Positions 28,681 through 38,161 of a stretch of 64,000 nucleotides of DNA are shown here, in pieces. Positions within the stretch are counted from its first letter, which is position 1; each line of letters starts with the position of its first letter. This DNA is from Promethearchaeati archaeon SRVP18_Atabeyarchaeia-1 (GTDB lineage Archaea > Asgardarchaeota > Atabeyarchaeia > Atabeyarchaeales > Atabeyarchaeaceae): contig CP147779.1 of NCBI GenBank assembly GCA_037308085.1, positions 800,001-864,000 of the forward strand. The letters are read 5' to 3'. A model generated the notes under the pieces. That model was not told the origin of the DNA and made no database searches. It saw only the letters and a list, made by a program, of their open reading frames with translations. Both the position numbers and the translations under genes were made by a program.

Positions 28681-29961
28681 CTAGATTACTTTGGTTAAGA
28701 CTTCCAGAAGTTCGAGCACCTGCATGCTACTACCCATCTGCTTCACGCCGTCTGACAAGTTGAGGTAGCAGAATGGGCAGGATGTGACTATGGCTTGGGC
28801 GCCTGTGGCTTGGGCTTCGATTATTCGTTCTTTCGCGGTGTCTATGGCGAGTTCTGGGTATTGGCTTTTTACTCCTCCGCCTGAGCCGCAGCACCACGAG
28901 TCTTCCTTGATGCGGTACATCTCTACGAATTGTAGGCCTGGTATTGCTTTCAACACGCGTCTTGGCTTCTCGTACCATTCCTGCTTTGCTTGGTCGGCTT
29001 TTCTTTGGTCCGCGAGCCAGTTGTTTGATCCTGCGAGGACTTCCTTTTCAATTTGTTTTCCAATGTGTCGGCCTAGGTGGCACGGGTCATGCCAGGTTAC
29101 CTTCATGTTGAAGGGTTTGGTGATCTTCAGCTTGTTCTGGGCTATCAGGTCGGACACAAATTCCATCGTGTGTTTTGTCTCGAATGGTAGCTTGTTTCCT
29201 GTGATCTTTGGGTAGTCCACTCTGAAAGTCCTGTAACAGCCTGCGCAAGAGAAGAGCACCTGCTTGTACGGTTTGAATAGCTTCATATTCTTTTCTACGA
29301 CTTTCTTGGCGACTCCGATCTGGCCGGTTCTGATCATCGGGGATCCGCAGCATGCTTCGTCTGTGAGTACTGTGTAGTTGACTCCGAGCTTGTCAAGTAT
29401 TTGCTGAGTGGCCTTGGCGATCTGCTTCTGCCTATATGATGCCGTGCAGCCTACGAAGAAGGCTGTGTCAGCGTTCTTGAGATTCTTCCTTTTGCCGTCG
29501 TACCATGCTGTTCGATCGCTTTGCTTCTCTTTGTATGGATTCCACATTGTAGGATCGTCTACTGCATTGCGCATCGCAAGATGCTTCGCGAGTGCGGGCG
29601 CTCCAGACTCAATGTAGGCAGCCCTCATAGCTTCGATGACATCTACTGTCGAAATCTTGTTTTCACATTGGGCTTCGCAGCTTCCGCAGGTGGGGCACTT
29701 ATAGAGCATGTCAGCCATTTCGGGTGAGAACTCAAGGTCTCCTTCGAGGACGGCGCGCGCCATCCAGATCTTGCCTGCGTTCCAGAATGCCTCCCAGCCA
29801 CCTTCCTTTCCGGCAGGGCATCCTACCATCGTTCCTTCGTAGAGCTGTCCTTGGTACTCACCTATGCCTTGTCTGTCCGGCTCACCAGAATATGCGAATC
29901 TGCATGCCTTACAGTGGATGCAACGGTAGATTTCCTTGGTCATTTGCTTTAGATTTTCCAT
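28681..29961 (-). CDS. HdrD/GlpC-like Fe-S oxidoreductase (4Fe-4S + two CCG domains)
   Basis: CIHCKAC, CPTCGSCEAQC, ACCGSP, HDPCHLGR, CCGSGGG, SCPFC. Confidence 0.9.
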   Translation of the reverse strand: MENLKQMTKEIYRCIHCKACRFAYSGEPDRQGIGEYQGQLYEGTMVGCPAGKEGGWEAFWNAGKIWMARAVLEGDLEFSPEMADMLYKCPTCGSCEAQCENKISTVDVIEAMRAAYIESGAPALAKHLAMRNAVDDPTMWNPYKEKQSDRTAWYDGKRKNLKNADTAFFVGCTASYRQKQIAKATQQILDKLGVNYTVLTDEACCGSPMIRTGQIGVAKKVVEKNMKLFKPYKQVLFSCAGCYRTFRVDYPKITGNKLPFETKHTMEFVSDLIAQNKLKITKPFNMKVTWHDPCHLGRHIGKQIEKEVLAGSNNWLADQRKADQAKQEWYEKPRRVLKAIPGLQFVEMYRIKEDSWCCGSGGGVKSQYPELAIDTAKERIIEAQATGAQAIVTSCPFCYLNLSDGVKQMGSSMQVLELLEVLTKVI

Positions 29962-29975
29962 TTTTGCTAACCTCC

Positions 29976-31469
29976 TCATGGCAACGCGAGTCTGCCGGGG
30001 TGCAGAATCCCGTTCGGGTCGATTAGTTTCTTAATCTTCCTCAACAAGTCGTGATAGGGCTTCGCTTTCGCGAAGGTCAGTGGCGAGTGGCAGAACGGAT
30101 CTGGACGATAGTTCAGCCAGCCTTTGTCAAGGAGGATCTCTGTTGTGTCTCTATTCAGCTTCTTTACCTGCTCTATTGACTCTTTGCTTGTAGCATCATA
30201 ACAAACAATGGGCATGCATATGGCTTCTCGAGCATGGTCAATTGAGGCAACCCACATCACTGGCGGGAACCCGTATTCCTCCATCTTCTGGCAGTAGATC
30301 TCGCTGAATTCAGCACATCCCTTCCATGGTGTATACCATGTTATGAAGAGAAATCCGGCATCCCACAGTGCGTATGGGACCGCGATCTTGTTTGGCTTCA
30401 GTAGTCTTGACGCTATTTGCTTCGGATGGAGTTTCCACTGCGGAGTCTTGTGTCCACTCTTCTGCTCGTAGCTCTTGGCTACCTCGTCGATCTTCTTGAC
30501 TGTGAAGTCTAGTTCCTCTTTGGTCCAAGCCCAGACTTCGAAGTTCATCCACCATTGAGAGATCCCCATCTTCTCGTATGCATCGTAGTTAGTGGGAACT
30601 CTCTCTTTTGGCCACCTCGTCATCATCAGTGGCCAGTTTCCTCCTTGAACCATGACACAGTGGTCAGATATCCCCATTTCGTACTTGGAAATGTCAAGCG
30701 TGAGGTCCTGCATGTCGTACGGATTATCCATTCCATATGCGACAACTGTCTTGTGCTCCAAATGTGGCATTATCTTGATAGCGCACTTAGTTATCACTCC
30801 CATCGTGCCCTGCGAACCGAGGAACAGTCCACCTATGTCGGGCCCGAGGCCCCACTTGTAGAATGGCTTCGCACCCGGCAAAGCCCAGCTTCCTGTTCGT
30901 ACAACGTCACCTGTAGCCAGTACAACCTCCATTCCCATGACTGTGTCGGCTTGAGGCCCATATCTGCCAGTGACGAGGCTGAAGCCTCGTTCTATTGCGT
31001 CTCCGAGGATTGTGGCTGCAGGCGGTGCTCCATCTGGCACCGGTGGCGCCCAGCCTGGGTACTTCTTCTTCATATATGCCCAGACTTCGCCAGACCTGAC
31101 GCCAGGCTCGACTACTATGTACCTAGCGTCGGTGTCGACCTCGATTATCTTGTTCATCTCCGAGAGATCCATGAGGATCCCGCCGGGTTCAATTGTAGGA
31201 CAAGCAAATCCTCCACTCAATCCACCGGCTGCTGGGGTGACAGGGATTACTTCCTCGTTGGCGATTGTCATGACTCTTTGCACTTCGTCGACGCTCTTTG
31301 GTCTGACTACGCAGTCAGCGACGGTAGCTTCAAGTCCCATGATGCCCTTCGAGAGATAAGAGTACAAGATTGGCTTGCTCGTTGTAACGTACTTCTCGCC
31401 GACAACGCCAGCAATCCTCTTCACGATCTCCGGAGTCACTTTGCTGTATTCTCGCTTCTCGAAACTCAT
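29976..31469 (-). CDS. FAD-linked oxidoreductase, VAO/PCMH family
   Basis: GMEVVLATGDVVRTG, KWGLGPD..GLF..GVITK, DPNGILHPG. Confidence 0.88.
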   Translation of the reverse strand: MSFEKREYSKVTPEIVKRIAGVVGEKYVTTSKPILYSYLSKGIMGLEATVADCVVRPKSVDEVQRVMTIANEEVIPVTPAAGGLSGGFACPTIEPGGILMDLSEMNKIIEVDTDARYIVVEPGVRSGEVWAYMKKKYPGWAPPVPDGAPPAATILGDAIERGFSLVTGRYGPQADTVMGMEVVLATGDVVRTGSWALPGAKPFYKWGLGPDIGGLFLGSQGTMGVITKCAIKIMPHLEHKTVVAYGMDNPYDMQDLTLDISKYEMGISDHCVMVQGGNWPLMMTRWPKERVPTNYDAYEKMGISQWWMNFEVWAWTKEELDFTVKKIDEVAKSYEQKSGHKTPQWKLHPKQIASRLLKPNKIAVPYALWDAGFLFITWYTPWKGCAEFSEIYCQKMEEYGFPPVMWVASIDHAREAICMPIVCYDATSKESIEQVKKLNRDTTEILLDKGWLNYRPDPFCHSPLTFAKAKPYHDLLRKIKKLIDPNGILHPGRLALP

Positions 31470-31699
31470 ACTAATGCTTCCTCCAAAAAATGCCGCAAAC
31501 TCTCACGGCTAGGTAGCAGTTCTCATAAGATTGATGTCGTAAACGAGAGTTTGATTAGTATTTAAGATTTGGCGTCTCACTGCATCTCAGTTTGGAATTA
31601 CGGATCAAAGAGCACGCTGCCGCAGTTTTCGAGAATACTCGAAAAAGGTCTGAGGAGGATAAGTTGAGGGCAAGAAGGCGCAGAAACCAATGAACATCA

Positions 31700-32025
31700 A
31701 TTTTACCACATCAGCGCCGCGAGGAAGCCCAAATCCCTTTAGGGGTGGGAGGAACCACAGCGAGGCTCCAGTTGGGAGCCTTAAGTACTGCCCCTCCTGA
31801 CATCCTTCGGGAGGTACCATGACGAAGTGCCTACCCCTAAACATCCTCGAACCCACGGAAGCAACGAGGAGGATGCTCAAGCAGACCACCATCGTATTCC
31901 TCTGCATCGTGAGGGCGGCCCAAACACAAGACACATCAGGCACCTACAAGATGGGCCAGTTACCTTGGGGGAGCGCCTCCGTCAGTAAGGTAAACAATAA
32001 GGTCACTTCGCAAGTAGTCGCATAG
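31700..32025 (+). mobile_element. probable IS200/IS605 remnant (end hairpin + tnpB-like 5' fragment)
   Basis: GAAGCCC-AAATCCCTTTAGGGG-TGGGAGG resembles IS605 terminal hairpins; further hairpins; short ORF MTKCLPLNILEPTEATRRML.. Confidence 0.4.
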
Positions 32026-32386
32026 AGGGTACACTCATCTAGCAGGTATCAAGCGGAGCGTGATAGCGTCCTCCTATGCTTTTGAACCCAATACTATGAA
32101 CACGCTCTACCCTAGAAATAGTGAAAGAATTGATCCCCTTCACTTCCCGCTCGATCCTTTGCAGGCTTCTTCGCGCTAATTTCTCTGCCAGGAAAGAACT
32201 GTAGAAAGAAGCGTGTTAAGACTGTTAACCTTGACACGTTTACTTCGCACAGACTGGCATATTGGAGCGTGTGCCAAGATTTAAGTAGGCTCGGAAGAGG
32301 AGAGTCATTGTGTTTAGTCTCTCTGTGGAATCTGCTATTATCGTGTCTGTTGGTGGTTGAGGAGCCACCTATTCGGGGGTGACAAC

Positions 32387-32935
32387 ATGAATGAAGCAGC
32401 AACCAAGTATAACAAGAGAGTAGCAACGATGTCGGCGGCATTCATTATGATATTCAGCGCATTCGCAGTCCTATCGGTTTTCGCCCCTTGGCTCACAGTG
32501 TTCATGCGCTATGGAGTCTATCAAGGTATGACCTTTGATTATAGTGGATTGGGGTTTGCAACAGGGTCCTTCACTCTCCTGGGCTATTCGCTTACTGTTG
32601 AAGCAGTGCTCCTATTTCGGATGGCAATTGCTTATGTGGTATCCTGTTTTATACTAGGCATAGTGGGAGTAGTCTCTCTCTACCTAGCAGGAGGTAGGGG
32701 AAAGCCTATAGCGTTCATAATTGAATTCGTGTTCGCAGCAATTTCCATCATTGGAATATTCCTAGGAAATGCGGAGGGTCTGATTCAGCGTTTGGGGTTC
32801 ATTGACTTTGGTGGTTCTAATACTGGATACATGCTTCTTGGGTGGGGATTCTGCGGGGAGATACTGGTGTTGGTGTCGTTGCTTGTAGCTCTTGCTGCGT
32901 TCTGGCTTGTACCACGATCAAAAGGAGGAGAGTAG
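32387..32935 (+). CDS. hypothetical 4-TM membrane protein
   Basis: Four hydrophobic helices; APW and GWGF motifs; GGGGTGA RBS. Confidence 0.7.
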   Translation: MNEAATKYNKRVATMSAAFIMIFSAFAVLSVFAPWLTVFMRYGVYQGMTFDYSGLGFATGSFTLLGYSLTVEAVLLFRMAIAYVVSCFILGIVGVVSLYLAGGRGKPIAFIIEFVFAAISIIGIFLGNAEGLIQRLGFIDFGGSNTGYMLLGWGFCGEILVLVSLLVALAAFWLVPRSKGGE

Positions 32936-33217
32936 CGTCTGCCTGTCTTTATCACGATCCTACCAGAAACCGTTTTCTCTGGTAGGGGCAGTGCCCACCA
33001 AGCCAAGGCTCCCAAGATATCTTGTGCCGATGCCAAATCTGTCAACCCCCTCCCAAATCATTGCTTAGGACGCTCCCTTTTCTCTTCATGATAAACTAGA
33101 GAATATTGATATGAAGGATTATACTCGTAGGTCGGATGCTGTTAAAGATGCTTTATTGATGGCGAACAAAGCTGGAATAAAGGTATTAAGAAGGCGAGAT
33201 AAAGATGGTTAGAAAAT

Positions 33218-33726
33218 CTAGGATGAGGAAGGGCGAGAGTAAAGCAAATTATGAACTGAGGAAAAGAAGAAGAAAAGGGGTGTGATTGAATGAGGAGAGA
33301 CTTGAAGTATAGTCTTGAAATACCGAAGTAACTTACTTCTCTCCTGTCTAAACTTTTTACCTGATAATTGTTTGGAGAGATAAAGCCTATTCAAACATCT
33401 AAGCTCTAAGATTCTGTCTCTCCTATTCTTAAATCCACCCACCTTAACCGTCCCCTACTTTTTACCTGTTCCGACTTTAACTTGCTTATTCTTCAATTCG
33501 GCTTCTAAACGACCAATTTCACTATCAATTCTCTTAGCTTCCTCCAATCCTCTACACTGGCTTCGCTTCCTACGGAGCATCTTTATTTTAGATTCTGTTT
33601 CATCCACACTCATTTTTTAGATGTCCCTCCATACCTTTAATCCTCTCAAAGCAACTTAAACAATATTGCTCCTCTCCCCCAGAAACTACATCCACAACCT
33701 TGACAAACTAATTTCTGTCTATTCAA
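33218..33726 (-). mobile_element. AT-rich cluster of tiny, tightly packed ORFs (virus/MGE-like remnant)
   Basis: Frameshifted Zn finger (33600-33726), 52-aa coiled-coil ORF (33455-33613) and 74-aa ORF (33218-33442), each with a purine-rich RBS. Confidence 0.5.
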
Positions 33727-33848
33727 ATCCTCCCCCCCTCCATTCTCCCCAACTCCCTAAGAGAAGTAACTATAACTCTCCCCTGTTCTCATCATTGTAT
33801 TGCCTAAAAGCTCCGTTCTAATTTCCCTGACAATTCATTAGAACCAAC

Positions 33849-34442
33849 TTGATGCCAATCATAGAGAAGCTTGATATTGAAGACTCTAGTATCGCAAATA
33901 TACGTGGCCCGAACAGAGACTACGTTAGATTCAGAGCGAATATTGATGATTCAGCAAACAAGGCTCTGATGGAGTGTTTCGATGACTGGAGAGGCAGACT
34001 CATCAAGGATTACTCGTATGAAGAATGGAATCCTCGAAAAGAGGTAGTCGATTCGCTGCAAGGGTGTAGAAGATTCTTCGAGCAAGTGTTAGGAGAGAAA
34101 ATCGAGTCGGAGGGTTGGAAGGCTGTTTTTGATGTGTCAGGGCTCCTGCACTTGTTGGATCCCTCGAGATTCCAATTCTCACCTCCACTGAAAATCGCAG
34201 AAACTGACTACGAGGTAAAAGTCAAAAGCCTAATGGCAGTGGAAACGTTAGCTGGGAAAGTGGCGGCTGCTTTCATGAAGGAATTTGAAGCGGGACCTGA
34301 CGACGTGTCACTGATCGGCGATTTCATACATGAGATTCTCAATTCCTTGGGTTACAGCCACCCCGAGGAATGGGCGATCAGAGCCATCAGGAGTCAGAAT
34401 GTGCGACTTGCAGGGACTCCAAGTGACCTCAAGGAAGGTTGA
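33849..34442 (+). CDS. hypothetical protein
   Basis: 197-aa ORF with globular composition; no recognised motif. Confidence 0.55.
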   Translation: MMPIIEKLDIEDSSIANIRGPNRDYVRFRANIDDSANKALMECFDDWRGRLIKDYSYEEWNPRKEVVDSLQGCRRFFEQVLGEKIESEGWKAVFDVSGLLHLLDPSRFQFSPPLKIAETDYEVKVKSLMAVETLAGKVAAAFMKEFEAGPDDVSLIGDFIHEILNSLGYSHPEEWAIRAIRSQNVRLAGTPSDLKEG

Positions 34443-35045
34443 ATGAGCTATTCGAGATGGAAGAAAGGTCACTAGGGAGGACGTGATTCGTTTTCACCTT
34501 GCCCCGAGATAGGGCGCCACCTGCTCCAAACTTTGGATAAACAACCGTCTATGTTAATAGACCACAGGTGCAACGTAACTGGGAGAGCTGTTCGCCCATG
34601 AACAAACTGAGATCTAATCGACTTAGAAGCTTTGCAGGACAGGCGGAAGGATTGGTCAGACAAAAGGCCGTTTCCGCGTTGGAGGCGGGTCTCGGTAGAT
34701 CGAGGAGCTATTCAAGACAAGCTACGAGATCAATGGAGCGCGCCGCGACAAGGTTGAAACCAGTCGTAAATCAGAAGACTATATGTACGTGTGTCGGGGT
34801 CGGGGCTCTTGCGGCTCCAAGTAACCCAGCTTTGTGGGGGCAAGTCTGGCATGTACAACCAAATCGGTGTACGACTCAATTATTTCTGCCAGACAAGATA
34901 AGCCAATGCCGAGAAAACGTAGAAGAACGTAGGTTTCCCTACCTAAAAGGCAGTCTCTCTGCACAAATAAACGTGGAAAAGCCAATCGTAACTATACTCC
35001 GTCTCGGTCAACGGGTCGTGCCTGTTCTCCGGCTTGTTCTTCTGA

Positions 35046-35387
35046 TCAGTAGTTACCCAACCACCCTTCATTGGCGCCGTCTTCGGTTATGATGTGTATG
35101 AATGTGATTATTCTTTCTTTGTGCTGTGAACCGCCGTATACGTTCTCGCATCTAATTGTGAAGTTGTAGTCGCAGTTGCCGCAGCTTACGTCATACTCGT
35201 CGACGGTTATAGTTTGAGATGCGGAATCTGAGTTCCTGTGTTCACCTGATCCTTTCCTCTTGCTCACAAGGTTTAGTTTCTCGGTCCTGTTGTTTCCGCA
35301 TCTTGGGCACTCTTTCAATGGCAATGGTTGCACTCCTCTTGTTCCGAGAGGTGCGTATACAACGTCAGGTAGCTCGTCCAAGCTCAA
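35046..35387 (-). CDS. hypothetical Zn-ribbon protein
   Basis: CPRC and CGNC pairs. Confidence 0.65.
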   Translation of the reverse strand: MSLDELPDVVYAPLGTRGVQPLPLKECPRCGNNRTEKLNLVSKRKGSGEHRNSDSASQTITVDEYDVSCGNCDYNFTIRCENVYGGSQHKERIITFIHIITEDGANEGWLGNY

Positions 35388-35464
35388 TTCTCAGGCCCTC
35401 CGCAGAGAAGTGATTAGAGAGTTGATGCGCCCCGTCTAACTTCCCTCTCATCCATCCGTTCTGC

Positions 35465-35578
35465 TATACTACGGTGGAATTAGGATTTCTGAAATAAGGT
35501 TTTACCTTTCAACTGGCAGCTGTATACTACTGGCGGGGGTAGCAAGTGTATACTACTGGGAGTAGTAGCTTTTATATA
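35465..35578 (+). promoter_or_regulatory. tandem TATACTAC operator-like repeats next to a TATA box
   Basis: TGTATACTACTGG at 35521 and 35547, TATACTAC at 35465, inverted AGTAGTAG, TTTTATATA at ~35570. Confidence 0.6.
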
Positions 35579-35661
35579 CAAGTGGCTTTCTCATGATCCT
35601 TCACTGGTCGGCAATCATCGATCTAAGATTAGGTGCAACAAGTGGTGAATCTCTCACGTCG

Positions 35662-36657
35662 ATGGAAAACATCGTCGATATGGCCAGTCGGATTTTCTTC
35701 AGTGGAATAAGATGCTCCGTTGTCAAGGCGTTGTATGAGGGAGGGCCACTCAATGTCGATTCGCTGATCCAGGGCGTAGGCTTCAATCCTGCGTACACTT
35801 CAAAGTTCAAGCAACGGTACATACGAACTCTTCTGCATGCCAACTTCATCATGAAGAGTGGCGATGTCTTTCTGCTGACTCCAACAGGACTCTCGATAGT
35901 GGACATGGTAGATGAGGCAGGCTGCGAGTTGGCGCTGTTCGGCAAGGTGCAGTATCTTTACGCACTGAAAGAGCCTAGAACAAATGAGCAACTCATGAAA
36001 GAACTAGATATATCGAGGAGGGCCTGTTGGGAACAGATAGAAAACCTCAAGTCACTCGGGCTTGTTCGAACTCTAAGAACCACTTACAGGGTCAGATCGG
36101 ATCTCAGAACGGAGGAGATTGAGAACCTTCCAGCATACCACAAACGGCTCCTGTGGTTGATGATGAATAACGGACCACTTTCGCCGGAGGAGATCTCTTC
36201 CGCAATGAGTCAAAGGTTGAATAGTGTCTACTCTAGGCTTTCTGAGCTGAAAAGAATGAACTTGGTGGAACACTCAGAGTACCTCCCTGCCTCAACGAAC
36301 TCATTTCACATATACCATGAGTTGACTGAAAAGGGAAGGAGCGTTCTTAGGAAACTTGATCAACTCAACCGCCTCAATCTATACATCAAGTTAACCACGG
36401 AATATTTCAAGGCCCGCCACAATGGTAAAGGTTTCAACGGGAATCGCGCAAACGGATCATTCGTAGCCATCTCCTTTGATGAGAAATCGGTTAACGAGCG
36501 GGAGGTCTGGGATTTCATAGCGGGGAGGCTGAGCAAGAGCGACATAGATACCTTCGAAGTCAGAAAGGCATTCAATCTTCTTAGGCGGAGCGGCGTCTTG
36601 TCTGGCCACAAGTACGATGGCTACACCGCATCAGGTGGCGCCGCGGCTACCGCCTAG
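35662..36657 (+). CDS. multi-winged-helix DNA-binding protein
   Basis: At least three wHTH-like units (..LTPTG; ELDISRRACWEQIENLKSLGLV; NSVYSRLSELKRMNLV..ELTEKG). Confidence 0.75.
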   Translation: MENIVDMASRIFFSGIRCSVVKALYEGGPLNVDSLIQGVGFNPAYTSKFKQRYIRTLLHANFIMKSGDVFLLTPTGLSIVDMVDEAGCELALFGKVQYLYALKEPRTNEQLMKELDISRRACWEQIENLKSLGLVRTLRTTYRVRSDLRTEEIENLPAYHKRLLWLMMNNGPLSPEEISSAMSQRLNSVYSRLSELKRMNLVEHSEYLPASTNSFHIYHELTEKGRSVLRKLDQLNRLNLYIKLTTEYFKARHNGKGFNGNRANGSFVAISFDEKSVNEREVWDFIAGRLSKSDIDTFEVRKAFNLLRRSGVLSGHKYDGYTASGGAAATA

Positions 36658-36768
36658 CCTGCACGAAAAAAAGTAGGGAACTGCATTGCCGTAGCAGTCC
36701 AAACCGAGAAAGCATGGGTCCCATGTTCTGCCCTGTTCAATCTGTATGCGCAGCGTTGCCTATGTTCC

Positions 36769-37461
36769 TCACTCAATCTTGCCGTCATGCATGTGAATTA
36801 TCCTACTTGCATATTGCCTTAATTCCTCGTTGTGAGTAACCAAGACTATTGTTGTTCCTTGTTCTTCATTAAGAGTCTTCATCAGGTCCAGTATGTCCTT
36901 TCCAGTTTTGCTGTCAAGGTTTCCAGTAGGCTCGTCCGCGAAAATCACCTTGGGCTTGTTTACGAGTGCCCTCGCGATTGCCACTCTCTGCATCTCCCCA
37001 CCAGACAATTCCCTTGCCCTATGGTCCTTCCTCTCGAGAAGGTCAACGGCTCTCAGCATCTCCATAGCCTTTGTCTCTATATCCTTTGTCTTCATGTCTG
37101 TTGGCAAGAGGGGGGCCATAACATTCTCCACGGCAGTCATATCCTGAATCAAATTGAAGTCTTGGAAGACAAAGCCGACCTTTTCCCTTCGCAACTTGGG
37201 GAACAATCTCTCATCAATCACTGTCGTGTCGACGCCATCAAGGATGACCTTGCCACTAGAAGGTGAGTCCAGTCCACTCAGCAGATTGAGTAGTGTCGTC
37301 TTACCACAGCCACTGGGACCAACCACGGCAAGGAATTCTCCCTCCTTAATCTCTAGTGACACATTCTTGACAGCGATAACCACTTCGCGGCCTCGGTGAT
37401 ACTCCTTTGATGCGTCCTTAGTTACGATTAGGCCAAATGTTGATGATTTTTTAGATGACAT
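36769..37461 (-). CDS. ABC transporter ATP-binding protein (LolD/MacB-like)
   Basis: GPSGCGKT, LSGGE, ADEPTGNLD. Confidence 0.95.
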   Translation of the reverse strand: MSSKKSSTFGLIVTKDASKEYHRGREVVIAVKNVSLEIKEGEFLAVVGPSGCGKTTLLNLLSGLDSPSSGKVILDGVDTTVIDERLFPKLRREKVGFVFQDFNLIQDMTAVENVMAPLLPTDMKTKDIETKAMEMLRAVDLLERKDHRARELSGGEMQRVAIARALVNKPKVIFADEPTGNLDSKTGKDILDLMKTLNEEQGTTIVLVTHNEELRQYASRIIHMHDGKIE

Positions 37462-37479
37462 GTTTCAGACCTCCTATTC

Positions 37480-38064
37480 CTACTGCATTCGAAGAGCTTC
37501 CATTGGTTTTACAGCTAGAATTCTGTAATTCGCCAGCAGTATTCCTGGTATCTGAGCAAGTACCACTACGAAGAACGTCACCAGCAACTGGTTCCTGGCA
37601 AGAAGAACTTCTTGTAGGGAACCTGGCACAAAGAACAAGGGGCTAAAGGGATTCCCGGATAGATAGAAGGCAAGTCCGGTTACGTGAATTCCGATTTCTA
37701 TGAAGATGAGGAATGCAAGGACTGAGACTAGAAGTATCTCACCGACGATTAAGATCCTTATATTGCTGTTCGACCACCCGATGCACTTGAATGTCGCGAT
37801 CTCAGTCTTCCTAAAAGTCGTCAAGAGAAAGCCATAGAGAGTCGCTACTACCACTCCTCCGAGAACTGCTATGACAATCGAAATCGCCTGTCCAGTCATA
37901 AGAAGGTATGTAACCATGTATATTACAACCAAGTATAAGGTGATGAATGCCAGAAACCTTTTCCACGCGCGCCAAGCCAAACGGAATGATTTGAAAAGTA
38001 TCCTTAAACCTGCTTTTACCATTTTGATCAGGTCCTCCTTGTACTGACCATAATCCACCTTCAC
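37480..38064 (-). CDS. FtsX-like ABC permease
   Basis: RKTEIATFKCIGW..E; C-terminal PMEALR. Confidence 0.8.
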   Translation of the reverse strand: MKVDYGQYKEDLIKMVKAGLRILFKSFRLAWRAWKRFLAFITLYLVVIYMVTYLLMTGQAISIVIAVLGGVVVATLYGFLLTTFRKTEIATFKCIGWSNSNIRILIVGEILLVSVLAFLIFIEIGIHVTGLAFYLSGNPFSPLFFVPGSLQEVLLARNQLLVTFFVVVLAQIPGILLANYRILAVKPMEALRMQ

Positions 38065-38161
38065 ACTTAAATCGTCTGCATCACTCTGCTGGTATATAGC
38101 CTTATGTTAATTGCAATATAAAGCCAACTCCATAATTTCGGATCCAAGGTGAGATGTATCA

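Noticed and set aside
30555-31565. 336-aa plus-strand ORF
   Set aside because: Antisense shadow of the FAD oxidoreductase
31683-31701. 17/19 match to 18293-18311 just upstream of the omega RNA (possible guide target)
   Set aside because: Mostly outside the scaffold-proximal guide; matches of this quality are expected by chance in an all-vs-all comparison of 64 kb
34472-35092. Several overlapping ORFs
   Set aside because: No recognisable motifs or consistent coding signal; possibly decayed DNA
35500-35570. Replication origin (ORB) repeats
   Set aside because: No TTCCAGTGGAAA-like consensus and no adjacent cdc6/orc1
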